Assembly: GCA_040954595.2 (NCBI GenBank)
Contig: CM082579.2
Coordinates: 4,639,227-4,703,226 of the forward strand
Direction of reading: 5' to 3'
From: Balanoglossus misakiensis
Taxonomy: Eukaryota; Animalia; Hemichordata
Length of the DNA: 64,000 nt
Made by a program: the position numbers and the translations under genes. This document shows, piece after piece, positions 63,965 to 64,000 of this stretch (its first letter is position 1; every line of letters starts with the position of its first letter). The notes below the pieces were generated by a model. The model made no database searches and had not been told where the DNA came from. It saw only the letters and a list, made by a program, of their open reading frames with translations.

Positions 63965-64000
63965 ACAGGGATAAAGAGCTTGAAATGTCACACAATACTA

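Overview
Compact, intron-rich animal (invertebrate-like) genomic DNA; not prokaryotic. No rRNA, tRNA, CRISPR array or autonomous transposon could be supported. Eight protein-coding genes were assembled by eye from splice signals: the terminal exon of a C2H2 zinc-finger gene (+), GUF1/mtEF4 (-), two tandem cyclic-nucleotide-binding-domain (CNBD1/CNBD2-like) paralogs (+), ISWI/SMARCA5 (-) head-to-head with GPN2 (+), TTC19 (-), and a 5'-truncated Aa_trans (SLC36/AVT3-like) amino-acid transporter (-). The strongest second-look signals are: (1) a hidden 63-nt in-frame exon in ISWI that duplicates the end of the preceding exon, sits right before the AutoN basic patch and has a two-state hairpin beside the upstream donor; (2) a U12 AT-AC intron in GPN2; (3) a CNBD paralog pair with one intact and one degenerate nucleotide-binding cassette, plus several candidate alternative first exons with RFX X-boxes; (4) phase-compatible exon-like segments at 9-12 kb that match no gene I recognise; (5) window-wide excess of TACATGTA and a CpG mosaic. 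Coordinates marked ~ are approximate. Gene names rest on remembered family motifs, not on database searches.
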